The position numbers and the translations under genes were made by a program. DNA of 63,514 bases, the filler included, from Octopus bimaculoides (Eukaryota): the NCBI RefSeq assembly GCF_001194135.2. It is 6 parts of 5 records of this genome, joined end to end, with 100 filler letters (N's around TTAATTAATTAA, not from the genome) between each part and the next. Parts side by side here need not be neighbours in the genome. Positions count along the whole stretch, not along the records: positions 38,792 to 51,445 come from NC_068986.1; positions 51,546 to 59,952 come from NC_068994.1; 4 more parts are not named here. The stretch is one strand, 5' to 3'. This document shows positions 47,345 to 59,019 of the stretch, one piece after another. Numbering within the stretch: the stretch's first letter is position 1; the number at the start of each line of letters is the position of its first letter. The notes under the pieces were generated by a model. That model made no database searches, had not been told where the DNA came from, and saw nothing but the letters and a program-made list of their open reading frames with translations.

Positions 47345-48820
47345 TGGGAATATTACAGAATATTACAGCCGAATAAAGAAAACTTGGACCTCAGAACTCT
47401 CTGCATTCAATAAAACAGTGGCCTACAATGTGTTTGCAGTGCCAGTACTCATACCAACATTCGGGCTGCTTGATTGGACGCTTGATGAGATCCGAGCCAT
47501 TGATGTGAAAACCCGAAAAATACTAACAAGCACACATAATTTCCACATAAAGACCGACATAGACCACCTCTACCAAAAACGAAAACAAGGCGGCAGATGC
47601 TTAACATCGGTCCAAAAGGCCTTTGAATGTCGCATCATATCCTTTCGGCATCATCTTTTAACCGCCAAGTGTCGGAGTGCATCCCTTGACCAAGTTTGCA
47701 TACATGAGGCTGATAATGTCACAAGACTTGGAAGGCAGCTCTTTGAGCAACACTCTCTGTCTGATAACCTAGAATACATGCCCAAAGAAGTCGCACGACT
47801 CTACCGCAACGTATCGTCAGAAGAAAGGATGAACCTATACAAGCAGAAGACTATGACTGGATATGTTAGAAAGCGACGAGATGATAGTAACATCGATCAT
47901 CAAAGCAGTTAATTAATCATGGACCAATAAGCGGATCACTACGTCCCACTTTGAAAGGTATGCCTTTGCAATCCAGAAACAGGAAATATCAACCAAGTAC
48001 CTGATGTACAAAAGGGATAGAGATACAGGAAAAGCCGTAAAATGTGACAATCGATGCAGACATTGTGGAGTTCATACTGAAGATATCACCCACGTCATAA
48101 GTAGTTGTCCAAAAATGTCATCACGGTATTATCTCCCGATAAGACATGGCGTTGTAGCTAGGATACTCTCTAATGAAATCCGTTGGAAGGATAACCCCGA
48201 GGACAAAGAAATAAGAACCCACAGTATGGTAGAAGCCATTGCCACTCATAATAAAAAAGAATGCTGGTGGAATGTCCCAGTGAAGACCTCAATAAAATGT
48301 AAGCACAACAGACCTGATATTATGATTTGCGATAGAGAAGAGAAACTGTGCACAGTTGTAGAAATTAGCTGCCCAGCGGATGTTAACATAAAGCTGAAGA
48401 TCAGTGAAAAAGAGAACACCTATGCTGAACTATTGAGAAATCTGCAGTTACTCTATCCAGATTACAAGTTCAGGTTTATACCTGTAATTATTGAGATCCT
48501 GGGATACGTAATACACTGCCTAAATACCAATCTTGAGAAATTAGGCTTCTCAAAACCAGAAAGGAGAATGCTAATTCGAAGACTACAGATCCAGTCCATC
48601 ACTGGAACTGTAAAAATCTGTAAAACTTTCCAGAAGTTTATCATTTAAATATATATGAGCATGTCTAGATATGCAACTATATGCATGAGAATATATACAT
48701 AAAACATACAAACAAATATACCCTGTTGTTGAAGATGAAATTCTACTGAAGGAGCCTTGGATCTAGGTTACAAACCGGCTCTTTCTTCATTGGTGATAAA
48801 TCTTGAAATAAACAGAATAA
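47345..48820 (+). mobile_element. R4/Dong-like non-LTR retrotransposon, 3' 1.5 kb (RT thumb, CCHC finger, RLE endonuclease), frameshifted
   Basis: AYNVFAVPVLIPTFGLLDWT...DIDHLYQKRKQGGR; CRHCGVHTEDITHVISSC; HNRPDIMICDREEKLCTVVEISCP; frameshift at about 47910; (TACA)n tail. Confidence 0.92.
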
Positions 48821-48837
48821 TGACATACATACATACA

Positions 48838-48891
<54 letters not shown>

Positions 48892-49761
48892 CGACGGAGA
48901 GTCAGGTATTATACGCACTCTGTTCTTTTCAGTGTATTCACTCCAAAGCAGGAGATCAACAAGTACGTCATTTTTCGATATCGTCTCCTTCCTTTTTGAT
49001 GCACTTGGTCCAGCGGTCCACAAGCTTGCATATTTCCTCAAAGAATAAGGTTTTCCGTTGGTCGTACAACCATTTATGCCCTGCTTCCTTCACATATCCA
49101 TGCCTAGGAAATCGACGATCTCGTAAACTACCTTTGAGTGGTCCAAAGATATGATAGTCGAAAGGGGCGAGATTTGGGTTGTGGACAGGGTGTTCCAGCA
49201 CCTCAAAACCCAATTGGTTAATGGTTTCAACGGTCTGTGCGGCCGTGTGAGGGCGTGCATTGTCATGCAACAACAAAACTTCCTTCAACAATAGACTTTG
49301 GCGTTTGGTGCGAATTGCTGACTTCAGTTTGTTGGCCAGCAGAGCACTGTACCATGCACCGTTGATCGTACCCCACTTTTTCAGGTAGTCTTCCAGTATA
49401 GGCCCTTTTGAGTCCCATAAATGGATTGGCATCACCTTTCCTGCGGAAGACTGGCTCTTGAATTTCTTCATCGCTGTCGAGACAAGATGTTTCCACTCCA
49501 TATTCTGTCTTTTGGATTCTGTCATATTATAATGGACCCACGTTTCATCTCCTCTGACTATTCTGCTCTCTGTTCTGCTTTGTCGCACATTGGTAGTGGA
49601 GCGGTCATGCTTACACCGTAAAGCCAGAAAAAAAAAATGGTGCGATCATGCTCCAAGTTCGATCTCATGACCACAATAGCACCAACCATTAGCACACATG
49701 AGCAGAAGTCAGTGTGACAATGTTATGGCGAAAGTACGGATACTTTTTTGACTTAACCTCG
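48892..49761 (-). mobile_element. Internally deleted mariner element with DD34D catalytic domain (ORF 48968-49588)
   Basis: GDETWVH, LHDNARPH, PNLAPFDY motifs; degenerate TIRs CGACGGAGAGTCA and CGAGGTTAAGTCA with TA on each flank; no N-terminal HTH found. Confidence 0.93.
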
Positions 49762-50425
49762 TATATACAGAAGAGGAAGAGTTTAGGTTACTGGTGACCT
49801 AAACTCATAGGTCTGCAGTCTAAATGGTTCAATTGATAAGCTGCTATGATCCAAGTTCACAACGAAGCAATGTACCCTACCACCGATCCGGTAAGATCAA
49901 GGTAGCACAAGATCATCAGTTCATTTGAATTAGTTTCATTTAGCTTAAAACTGATTTAAATGAACTGATAAGCTTGTCCTTACATTATATATATATACAC
50001 ACACACATACATACGTGTATATATATATATATATATATNNNNNNNNNNNNNNNNNNNNNNNNNNNNNNNNNNNNNNNNNNNNNNNNNNNNNNNNNNNNNN
50101 NNNNNNNNNNNNNNNNNNNNNNNNNNNNNNNNNNNNNNNNNNNNNNNNNNNNNNNNNNNNNNNNNNNNNNNNNNNNNNNNNNNNNNNNNNNNNNNNNNNN
50201 NNNNNNNNNNNNNNNNNNNNNNNNNNNNNNNNNNNNNNNNNNNNNNNNNNNNNNNNNNNNNNNNNNNNNNNNNNNNNNNNNNNNNNNNNNNNNNNNNNNN
50301 NNNNNNNNNNNNNNNNNNNNNNNNNNNNNNNNNNNNNNNNNNNNNNNNNNNNNNNNNNNNNNNNNNNNNNNNNNNNNNNNNNNNNNNNNNNNNNNNNNNN
50401 NNNNNNNNNNNNNNNNNNNNNNNNN

Positions 50426-50477
<52 letters not shown>

Positions 50478-50674
50478 TTTAAAGTTTCAGCTTAGAGCTG
50501 CGGCCATGCTGATGCACCACCGTGTTTCAGTCATTTGACAACGGCCATGCTGGAGCACCGCCTTTTCGTCGAATAATTTGACGCCAGGACTTATTCGTTG
50601 GAAGCCTAGTGCTTATTCTATCAGTCTCTTTTGCCGAACCGCCAGATTATGGGGACGTAAACCATAATTATAAT

Positions 50675-50826
50675 CAGGGGTCAGCTAATTGCTTCGCCAC
50701 GCACCGAATTTAGAAATAGGAGTTAAAATGCCTTTTACTGTCTGGGAGATCCTTAATGTAGCATAAAAGGCATTTTAACTCCTATTTCTAAATTCGGTGC
50801 GTGACGAAGCATTTAACTGACCCCTG
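50675..50826. mobile_element. 152-bp hAT-type MITE with 8-bp TSD ATTATAAT
   Basis: CAGGGGTCAG...CTGACCCCTG termini, about 63-bp inverted arms, TSD at 50667-50674 and 50827-50834. Confidence 0.88.
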
Positions 50827-51305
50827 ATTATAATTATGTTTATAATTATAGAATATTTGTATAATTTTACCTAAAAAGATTATCTTAACGTACCGAACTA
50901 CTTGGTAAAATTACTAATTATTAATTATTTAATTGATTAATTAATTAATTAATTTTACCCTTTTATTATTATTGCACTAATTATAACGATAGAGAATATG
51001 GAGGCTGGTACATCCTAAAGACACATTTCCTCTTATTTTACAGTTTCATACTGCATATTTTTATGGTTGTTACGATTTACATATGCTTTCACTGCACAAA
51101 GTATGGGCAGTTGCACATGCAATCGGGCATAATTTTCTGTTCTACTTCGTGCGGGGTCTTTCAAGCAGCTAGCCTCGAAGCGAAACCGACCGTGAGTGAC
51201 CGTGAGTAGTTATACAATTTAAATGGTAATCGATGCTATTAGCCTTAACCTGGAACGTAACTGAGAGCTACCACGGCATCTGCCGGATTATATATTTCTC
51301 TAAAT

Positions 51306-51382
<77 letters not shown>

Positions 51383-51787
51383 AAACAATGGATAACGAAG
51401 ATACAGTATACTGGAAACTATTCAACACATCAATCTGATAAATAANNNNNNNNNNNNNNNNNNNNNNNNNNNNNNNNNNNNNNNNNNNNTTAATTAATTA
51501 ANNNNNNNNNNNNNNNNNNNNNNNNNNNNNNNNNNNNNNNNNNNNTTTGAGCTTAACCAGTTGAGCATGTCCCTTAGTGGCTGACGATATGTGCATCTCT
51601 GATCATGAGCAGAAGTAGTGGGGGAGCATCGTAGCCATGTGTTGAGAGGAATTCTTTGGGGGTTTGAATAATTCACCTTTGGAAACATGGGTGGTTTGTT
51701 CAACATCCTTAAAGAAACCTTATTCAGGGACCTTTTGAGCGGGATGGGCTACTCGACCTGAAGTAAATTCTAACTGGGCCCCACCTT

Positions 51788-52540
51788 GATCTATTCTTTT
51801 CTGATATCTAGAAAGCTTACCTGCTACTCTATGATACGTTGTTTCAACTCTTCTATGACTGTCCCAAATCCTTCCTCTTTGACTAAGTATCTTTTTACTA
51901 TTCTACTCAGATCTTGTCTTAAAGATTTCGCTTTGTCTTGTAGTTTCTTTTCCCACATTTGCTCTTTTCTAATCTTTCCTTGTGGAATATCTAATCTTCT
52001 AGTAACTACTACCCCTCCTGCGTAGATAAATAAGTTAGTGTCTCTTACATTTTAGTATCTATCTTACTGATAACATAATTTACTTTCCTAGTCATATCTA
52101 GCAAAAAGATTGATGCTGGAAATCTTTTTGTTACTACTTTACTCATTGTTTCCTGCAACTCATCTAAAATCTTCTGATCTTTCTCACTTGAATTGCTTAA
52201 ATCGCTGGTGTAAGTTGTCCCTTCCTTATTGGTAGTGCTATTATTATTATTTCCTTTAGGTTCTTCTTTGATTTGAGCTGTATCTCTTATGTTGATTGTC
52301 TTCCCTACTGTTTGATCTTCCCCTCCCCCCCCCAGTTCTCCTGATCTCTCCTTCCTCCAATTCTGTCACCCACTTTCTTCTAATAGCATTAGCTTGATCT
52401 ACTAGTCTCTGCTCGCCCACTTTAAACATGCCCTTCTCTACCCAAAGTGTTAACATCCGTTTTTTTATAATCCCTTCTTTTCAGTTCACTTTCTCAGTAG
52501 CACTGCATCACTATCCTGTTTTCTTCGCTGGTCCACTTCC
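51788..52540 (-). mobile_element. R4/Dong-like ORF N-terminal region (inverted segment)
   Basis: MLTLWVEKGMFKVGEQRLVDQANAIRRKWVTELE... and ...WEKKLQDKAKSLRQDLSR...EELKQRII/VAGKLSRYQKRIDQ. Confidence 0.8.
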
Positions 52541-52554
52541 TTAGGCCCCCAAGC

Positions 52555-53130
52555 AGGCTATCCGACAGGTATACTGCGACAGGCTATCAGACAGGTATAC
52601 TGCGACAGACCCAGAGGAGATTTTATCACCAAATAAATGGTAGAGAAGAAAGTACTGAAGATAAGATACCTAATGCAGAGGAAGCTAGAAAGTTCTGAAG
52701 TAATATTTGGAATAAGCCAGTCAATCATAATGGAGATGCTGTATGGTTAAAGAAAGTGAGGGAAGTAGTGAGTGAAACAGCCAGATCTAAGACTAACTAG
52801 TGCATTAATGAGTAGAGTGTTAGGAAAAATGCTGAACTTGAAGGGCCCAGGATCAGACTTAGTTTAAGGGTACTGGTTAAAGAAATTTAGTAGTTTACAT
52901 GGGAGGCTGAGGGAACAACTTCAGGATTGCTTTAAAGGAGAAATAATACCAGATTAAATTACTAGAAGGACATCAATTCTTCCTATGAAAGATAAAAGTA
53001 AGGCTAATACAGCTAACAATTATGGACCAATCACTTGCTAACCATTAGTGTGGAATCTGCTAACAGGAATATTTTCAGAAAGCATTTACGAGCGCCTTGA
53101 CAACCAGAATTTACTACTACAAGAACAGAC
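52555..53130 (+). mobile_element. R4/Dong-like pre-RT and RT N-terminal region, decayed
   Basis: QRRFYHQING...PNAEEARKF*SNIWNKP...WLKK...KGPGSDLV*GYWLKKFSSLH...NYGPITC*PLVWNLLTGIFSESIY. Confidence 0.88.
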
Positions 53131-53966
53131 AGATGGAAATTCCAAGTTAACGTCACCAAAAATACATCAACAGGTACCCTGTGCAAATGATGGTAATGTA
53201 CGGAAATAAAACAGAGGGATATGATGACATCCTACATGCATATTTTACAGTGGCACATCACTTGAAATCGAAAGTACAATATTTTCCTATGAAATTTTGA
53301 GATAAATAACTTTGATCTAAAAGTAACAATAGATAACAACAAACTGATAAAAATATTCGAACCTGCAAGAGTGTATTAAGAGTGAATTGATACGTAATTA
53401 TTTCGATTCTTTGTTCTGCATGCATCCCATGAATTAACATTATAATTATTTCGCTGAATACTTACTGCCGCCATGTAGAAGGTGCTCGCTTCTAACTCTG
53501 TCTTTATCTGTTTGTTCAAGTTTTCAACGTCGCTAGTATCAACTGAAAAAAAGCATAAATGAGATCATTAGATCGAGTAAACTTAACGTTGTTATTGTTC
53601 ATACTATACCACTACCATCCCCCACCTGAATCATTCCTCTATCCCCTTCCCCTTCTGTCTTTAAGACTTGACCTATTTACCCTACACACATCTCTCACTT
53701 AATTTGGGACATCCTTCAAGTAAACACAAGCAATATACCTCGGACACAATATGGCATATATCCACCTCTGCTATTTCAGCCTTTGCTGCAGCAACTATCT
53801 CCGGAAAACTCCCACAAGGATCATTTTACACGGATACTTACTACTGGAATGAAACTACACTCCAAGTACTGTTTTTTCTTTCTTTTTTCAGCGCATCACA
53901 TTCACTCTCACTTCATACTTTAACTCTCCGCTTATGGATATAATAATCGATTCCTTTACTATTTCT

Positions 53967-54015
53967 GTCTCCGATGAAGGGATGCATTGGATCTTCCTTG
54001 AAACAGCTGTAAGAC
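53967..54015 (+). ncRNA. Minimal type-I hammerhead-ribozyme-like motif (variant core CCGAUGA)
   Basis: Stem I GUCU/AGAC, core CCGAUGA, stem II AGGGA/UCCUU, GAAA, palindromic stem III ACAGCUGU, GUA triplet at 54009-54011. Confidence 0.55.
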
Positions 54016-55967
54016 TCTATCCATAAAATATATTTCCAACTTTACCATTGCTCTCTTTATCTTTTTATATATTTATACATACACACGCTAATACACGACT
54101 TATAATCCCCAATCCTATTCATACAACGATTGGGGCATAACTAGTCGGTATACAGCACTTACTCGGTATTACCTGTATCTTTTGGGTTTAGTTAAATCCA
54201 ATACCCTCCTCAACCTTATATATATATTCAATTTTTTTNNNNNNNNNNNNNNNNNNNNNNNNNNNNNNNNNNNNNNNNNNNNNNNNNNNNNNNNNNNNNN
54301 NNNNNNNNNNNNNNNNNNNNNNNNNNNNNNNNNNNNNNNNNNNNNNNNNNNNNNNNNNNNNNNNNNNNNNNNNNNNNNNNNNNNNNNNNNNNNNNNNNNN
54401 NNNNNNNNNNNNNNNNNNNNNNNNNNNNNTATATATATACATATATATGTTCCGTTTATATATTTGTCTTGCAAGATTTTTGATGTGAAATCGTGTGTTG
54501 AAACAGATGTAGTACTTGGGGATGGTGTCATATTGCCAGTTTAGCCAATAAAAACACACGCACTGTATATTTGGTGTTAATTTGCTTCAGTTTTATATTA
54601 CATTACATTTATCCTATTTCGCTCAGAGTTCTTTCGTCACACTTCTGTGACCTCATCAGTGGTCCTTTGCTTTCTTCTTTCTTATGTGTGTCCCACCTTG
54701 CTAACTATCAGCCATTTTGTATTTTGTATTCCTATTGTATGTGTCTACGCATGCGTATCCCTCAATGTGTGTCTATGTTTTGTAAGTGCATGTGTGTGCA
54801 TGGGGAGTGTCTGTATTATCTATATCCTCTGTTAATATATGTTCGTTTATTTTTGTTTTTATTTATTTATTTGTTCATGTGTTTATACCTACTTTTTTTG
54901 TATTTAATTTAATTTTGTTAACGTATGTAGTATTTAATTCCATTTGTTTATCTATGTATTGTATTGTATTATATTTTGTTCATATTGTTATTGGTTTATG
55001 GGGAATTTATTGTCATATGTTGTGGTTTGTTAGGAGTGTGTGCTAGTGTTCCATTCCAGTTTCCTATTCAGGCTAGGTTNNNNNNNNNNNNNNNNNNNNN
55101 NNNNNNNNNNNNNNNNNNNNNNNNNNNNNNNNNNNNNNNNNNNNNNNNNNNNNNNNNNNNNNNNNNNNNNNNNNNNNNNNNNNNNNNNNNNNNNNNNNNN
55201 NNNNNNNNNNNNNNNNNNNNNNNNNNNNNNNNNNNNNNNNNNNNNNNNNNNNNNNNNNNNNNNNNNNNNNNNNNNNNNNNNNNNNNNNNNNNNNNNNNNN
55301 NNNNNNNNNNNNNNNNNNNNNNNNNNNNNNNNNNNNNNNNNNNNNNNNNNNNNNNNNNNNNNNNNNNNNNNNNNNNNNNNNNNNNNNNNNNNNNNNNNNN
55401 NNNNNNNNNNNNNNNNNNNNNNNNNNNNNNNNNNNNNNNNNNNNNNNNNNNNNNNNNNNNNNNNNNNNNNNNNNNNNNNNNNNNNNNNNNNNNNNNNNNN
55501 NNNNNNNNNNNNNNNNNNNNNNNNNNNNNNNNNNNNNNNNNNNNNNNNNNNNNNNNNNNNNNNNNNNNNNNNNNNNNNNNNNNNNNNNNNNNNNNNNNNN
55601 NNNNNNNNNNNNNNNNNNNNNNNNNNNNNNNNNNNNNNNNNNNNNNNNNNNNNNNNNNNNNNNNNNNNNNNNNNNNNNNNNNNNNNNNNNNNNNNNNNNN
55701 NNNNNNNNNNNNNNNNNNNNNNNNNNNNNNNNNNNNNNNNNNNNNNNNNNNNNNNNNNNNNNNNNNNNNNNNNNNNNNNNNNNNNNNNNNNNNNNNNNNN
55801 NNNNNNNNNNNNNNNNNNNNNNNNNNNNNNNNNNNNNNNNNNNNNNNNNNNNNNNNNNNNNNNNNNNNNNNNNNNNNNNNNNNNNNNNNNNNNNNNNNNN
55901 NNNNNNNATATATATATTACACAGGTGCTTACAATTGTCAAGTATTACCTCTAATTTTCAATTTACC

Positions 55968-55999
<32 letters not shown>

Positions 56000-56654
56000 T
56001 ACATTGTCTTAAGATCGGATTCGTAAGATAAATATTCAGATTAAATACACCATATGCTCTACAAAATGTACCACCGCCTTATCCTTGGTTGTCTTTAACG
56101 GAGACCACGGTGTTGTAAGCGTTTGAACCAGGTCTCCAGTTTCCAGTTTAGATATACCTCCCTCGCTCCCTCCTTTCCTATCACCTGCCTCTGATGATAA
56201 AGCGCCACAGATATCGCCATTTTTCCTGTCTGAAAATTTGATTTCAAAAATTCCTCATTTGTTTCATACAAACAACATTTAAGTGTACATTTATATCTAT
56301 ATCTATGTATTCATCTATCTATCTTCACACACACACACGTACACATATATATGCATGTGCATGCGCGTGTGCACGTATGTATGTTTGTATATATATAAAT
56401 CTCATTTTCTTTTGTTTCACTTGTGCTGCGCTTTAGCATATCAGCAAATAGACTTTACGCTATTTGCATATATATCTCAGACCAACGATTCGCTTTGTTT
56501 CCAGGTGAGTCGAGTGTACAGTGCTGAAATATCGATAACCACGTTCTCGTTCGTCTGCGAAGCGAGTTATCCTCGCCTGGCCTGAAATATCCAGTGTTTT
56601 TTACCAGCCGGTGTCATGAAGGGACGTATCCTAGATTGCAGCTTTTATCTTTTA

Positions 56655-56860
56655 CACGTTTCAGTCATTAGACTGCGACCATGCAGGGGCACCGCCTCGA
56701 AGAGTTTTTAGTGAAATGTATCGACCTCAGAACTACCTTTTTTAAATGTGGTACTTAATCTGTCGGTTCCATTTGCCGAACCGCTAGATTAACTGGGATG
56801 TGAACACACCAACACCGGTTGTCAAACGATGGAGGGTGACAAATACAGAGACAAAGTCAG

Positions 56861-56918
<58 letters not shown>

Positions 56919-57100
56919 GCATACATACACATGTATACGACGAGCTTCTCTCAGTTTATGTCCACCGAATCTACTCACAAGGCTTTGGTCGACCCGAGGC
57001 TATCGCAGATGACACTTGCCCAAGATACAATGCAGTAGGACTGAACCCCGAACCTTGTGTTTGGCAAGCAAGCTCTTTACTACAGAACCTCACCTGCGCC
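56655..57100 (-). mobile_element. Composite SINE family 2 with internal (CA/CT)n microsatellite
   Basis: Both halves of the 58505-58908 element in reverse complement. Confidence 0.8.
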
Positions 57101-57128
57101 TATCGATAATGTTTTGACATATATATAC

Positions 57129-57189
<61 letters not shown>

Positions 57190-57340
57190 GTGAAATTACA
57201 GTATTATATATCCATCAAGGCTGATCTAACCAATCGGTTTCGTGCTAGAAATACAACGGAGTGTTAGGTAACAATCCGATGATATAATCTTACACTCATT
57301 AGAGTAAGCCGATATGGAAAGGAATATGGCAACTCATGTG

Positions 57341-57383
<43 letters not shown>

Positions 57384-57387
<4 letters not shown>

Positions 57388-57657
57388 CGATTTAAATGAA
57401 AGCTCAAAACTGATCCATTGAAAATACTTTATTATGATAATGATAATGACCTATGATCATTTCGATGCAATATCCAGATTGATTCATGCATATTATAAAA
57501 TATGGGATACTGCATCTCCTCATGGAGATGCAGTAATATGCATATAATATGCATGAATCAATTTGGATATTGCATCGAAATGATCATAGGTCATTATCAT
57601 TATTATAATAAAGTATTTTCAATGGATCAGTTTTGAGCTCTCATTTAAATCGGTATA
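57384..57657. mobile_element. About 270-bp near-perfect palindrome (foldback MITE)
   Basis: tatatcgatttaaatgaaagctcaaaactgatccattgaaaatactttatt... mirrored by ...aataaagtattttcaatggatcagttttgagctctcatttaaatcggtata; centre tactgcatctc-ctcatg-gagatgcagta. Confidence 0.88.
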
Positions 57658-57743
57658 AATACAAAACTCACTTGTGAGTATTTTGCTACGTTTGTTAACA
57701 GATACAATATTTTTGCCTAATTTTGGTATAAAAATATATATAA

Positions 57744-57815
<72 letters not shown>

Positions 57816-58403
57816 AATAATATAAATAATATATAAATATATGCATATATCCATAGATATATGTACATACCTATATATATATATATACATAGTTCACAGA
57901 GGAGATTCAGATATTCTCCGTATAGAAGACACTTAGTAGTACTCAAAAGTTTCCAGCTTAGACTCCGATGTCATTACAAGGGATTATTTGACTATGGTAA
58001 AGAAAGGCTCTAAGAGAGATGAAGTTGAACGGGTATAAAAACAGTCTGTATTATATAAAAGAAGCTGATCCCTGTCCGTGTAGTCGTCGCAACTTATATG
58101 TAGGAGGGAGTAGAAAAAGTTGTTGTTCAGAGGGAAAGAGAAATGGAGAGAGAGAGAGATAGGGAGGGAGAGAGAGAGGGAGAGACAGAGAGATAGGGAG
58201 AGAGAGAGAGATAGGGAGAGAGAGAGAGATAGGGAGAGAGAGAGAGATAGGGAGAGAGAGAGAGATAGGGAGAGAGATAGAGATAGGGAGAGAGAGAGAG
58301 TGAATGATAGAATTCAAATTTGTTTCAAGAAAAAAACAGGTTGCTGTTGTTCTTGAGAGAAATACAGTGGGAGTGAGGGAGTGCTTGTGAAAGATAGATA
58401 GAC

Positions 58404-58473
<70 letters not shown>

Positions 58474-58504
58474 GTAAAATGTTGTCACCATAGTAATTAA
58501 CGAG

Positions 58505-58659
58505 AGTGGTAAGTAGCTTGCTTACCAACCACATGGTTCCGGGTTCAGTCCCACTGCGTGGCACCTTGGGCAAGTGTCTTCTGCTATAGCCTCGGGCCGA
58601 CCAAAGCCTTGTGAGTGGATTTGGTAGACGGAAACTGAAAGAAGCCCGTCGTATATATG

Positions 58660-58690
<31 letters not shown>

Positions 58691-58908
58691 TTGTGTGTGT
58701 TTGTCCCCCCAACATCGCTTGACAACCCATGCTGGTGTGTTTACGTCCCCGTAACTTAGCGGTTCGGCAAAAAGAAACCGATAGAATAAGTACTAGGCTT
58801 ACAAAGAATAAGTCCTGGGGTCGATTTGCTCGACTAAAGGCGGTGCTCCAGCATGGCCGCAGTCAAATGACTGAAACAAGTAAAAGAGTAAAAGAGTAAA
58901 AGAGAGTC
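58505..58908 (+). mobile_element. Near full-length composite SINE family 2 (tRNA/CORE-like head, microsatellite, second domain, (AAAGAGT)n tail)
   Basis: ggtaagtagcttgcttaccaacc...ccttgggcaagtgtc...(TA)(GT)n...gcttgacaacc...gtccccgtaacttagcggttcggc...gaaacaagtaaaagagtaaaagag. Confidence 0.88.
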
Positions 58909-59019
58909 TGCTATTAACGTACCATACGGGGGAAATTATTGGTAGTTTCTGTAATAGCAGCCGTATTATCTTTACGCACGGCCAGCCAGAGTATACAAAG
59001 TGAGATATCGTTCAGTGAA

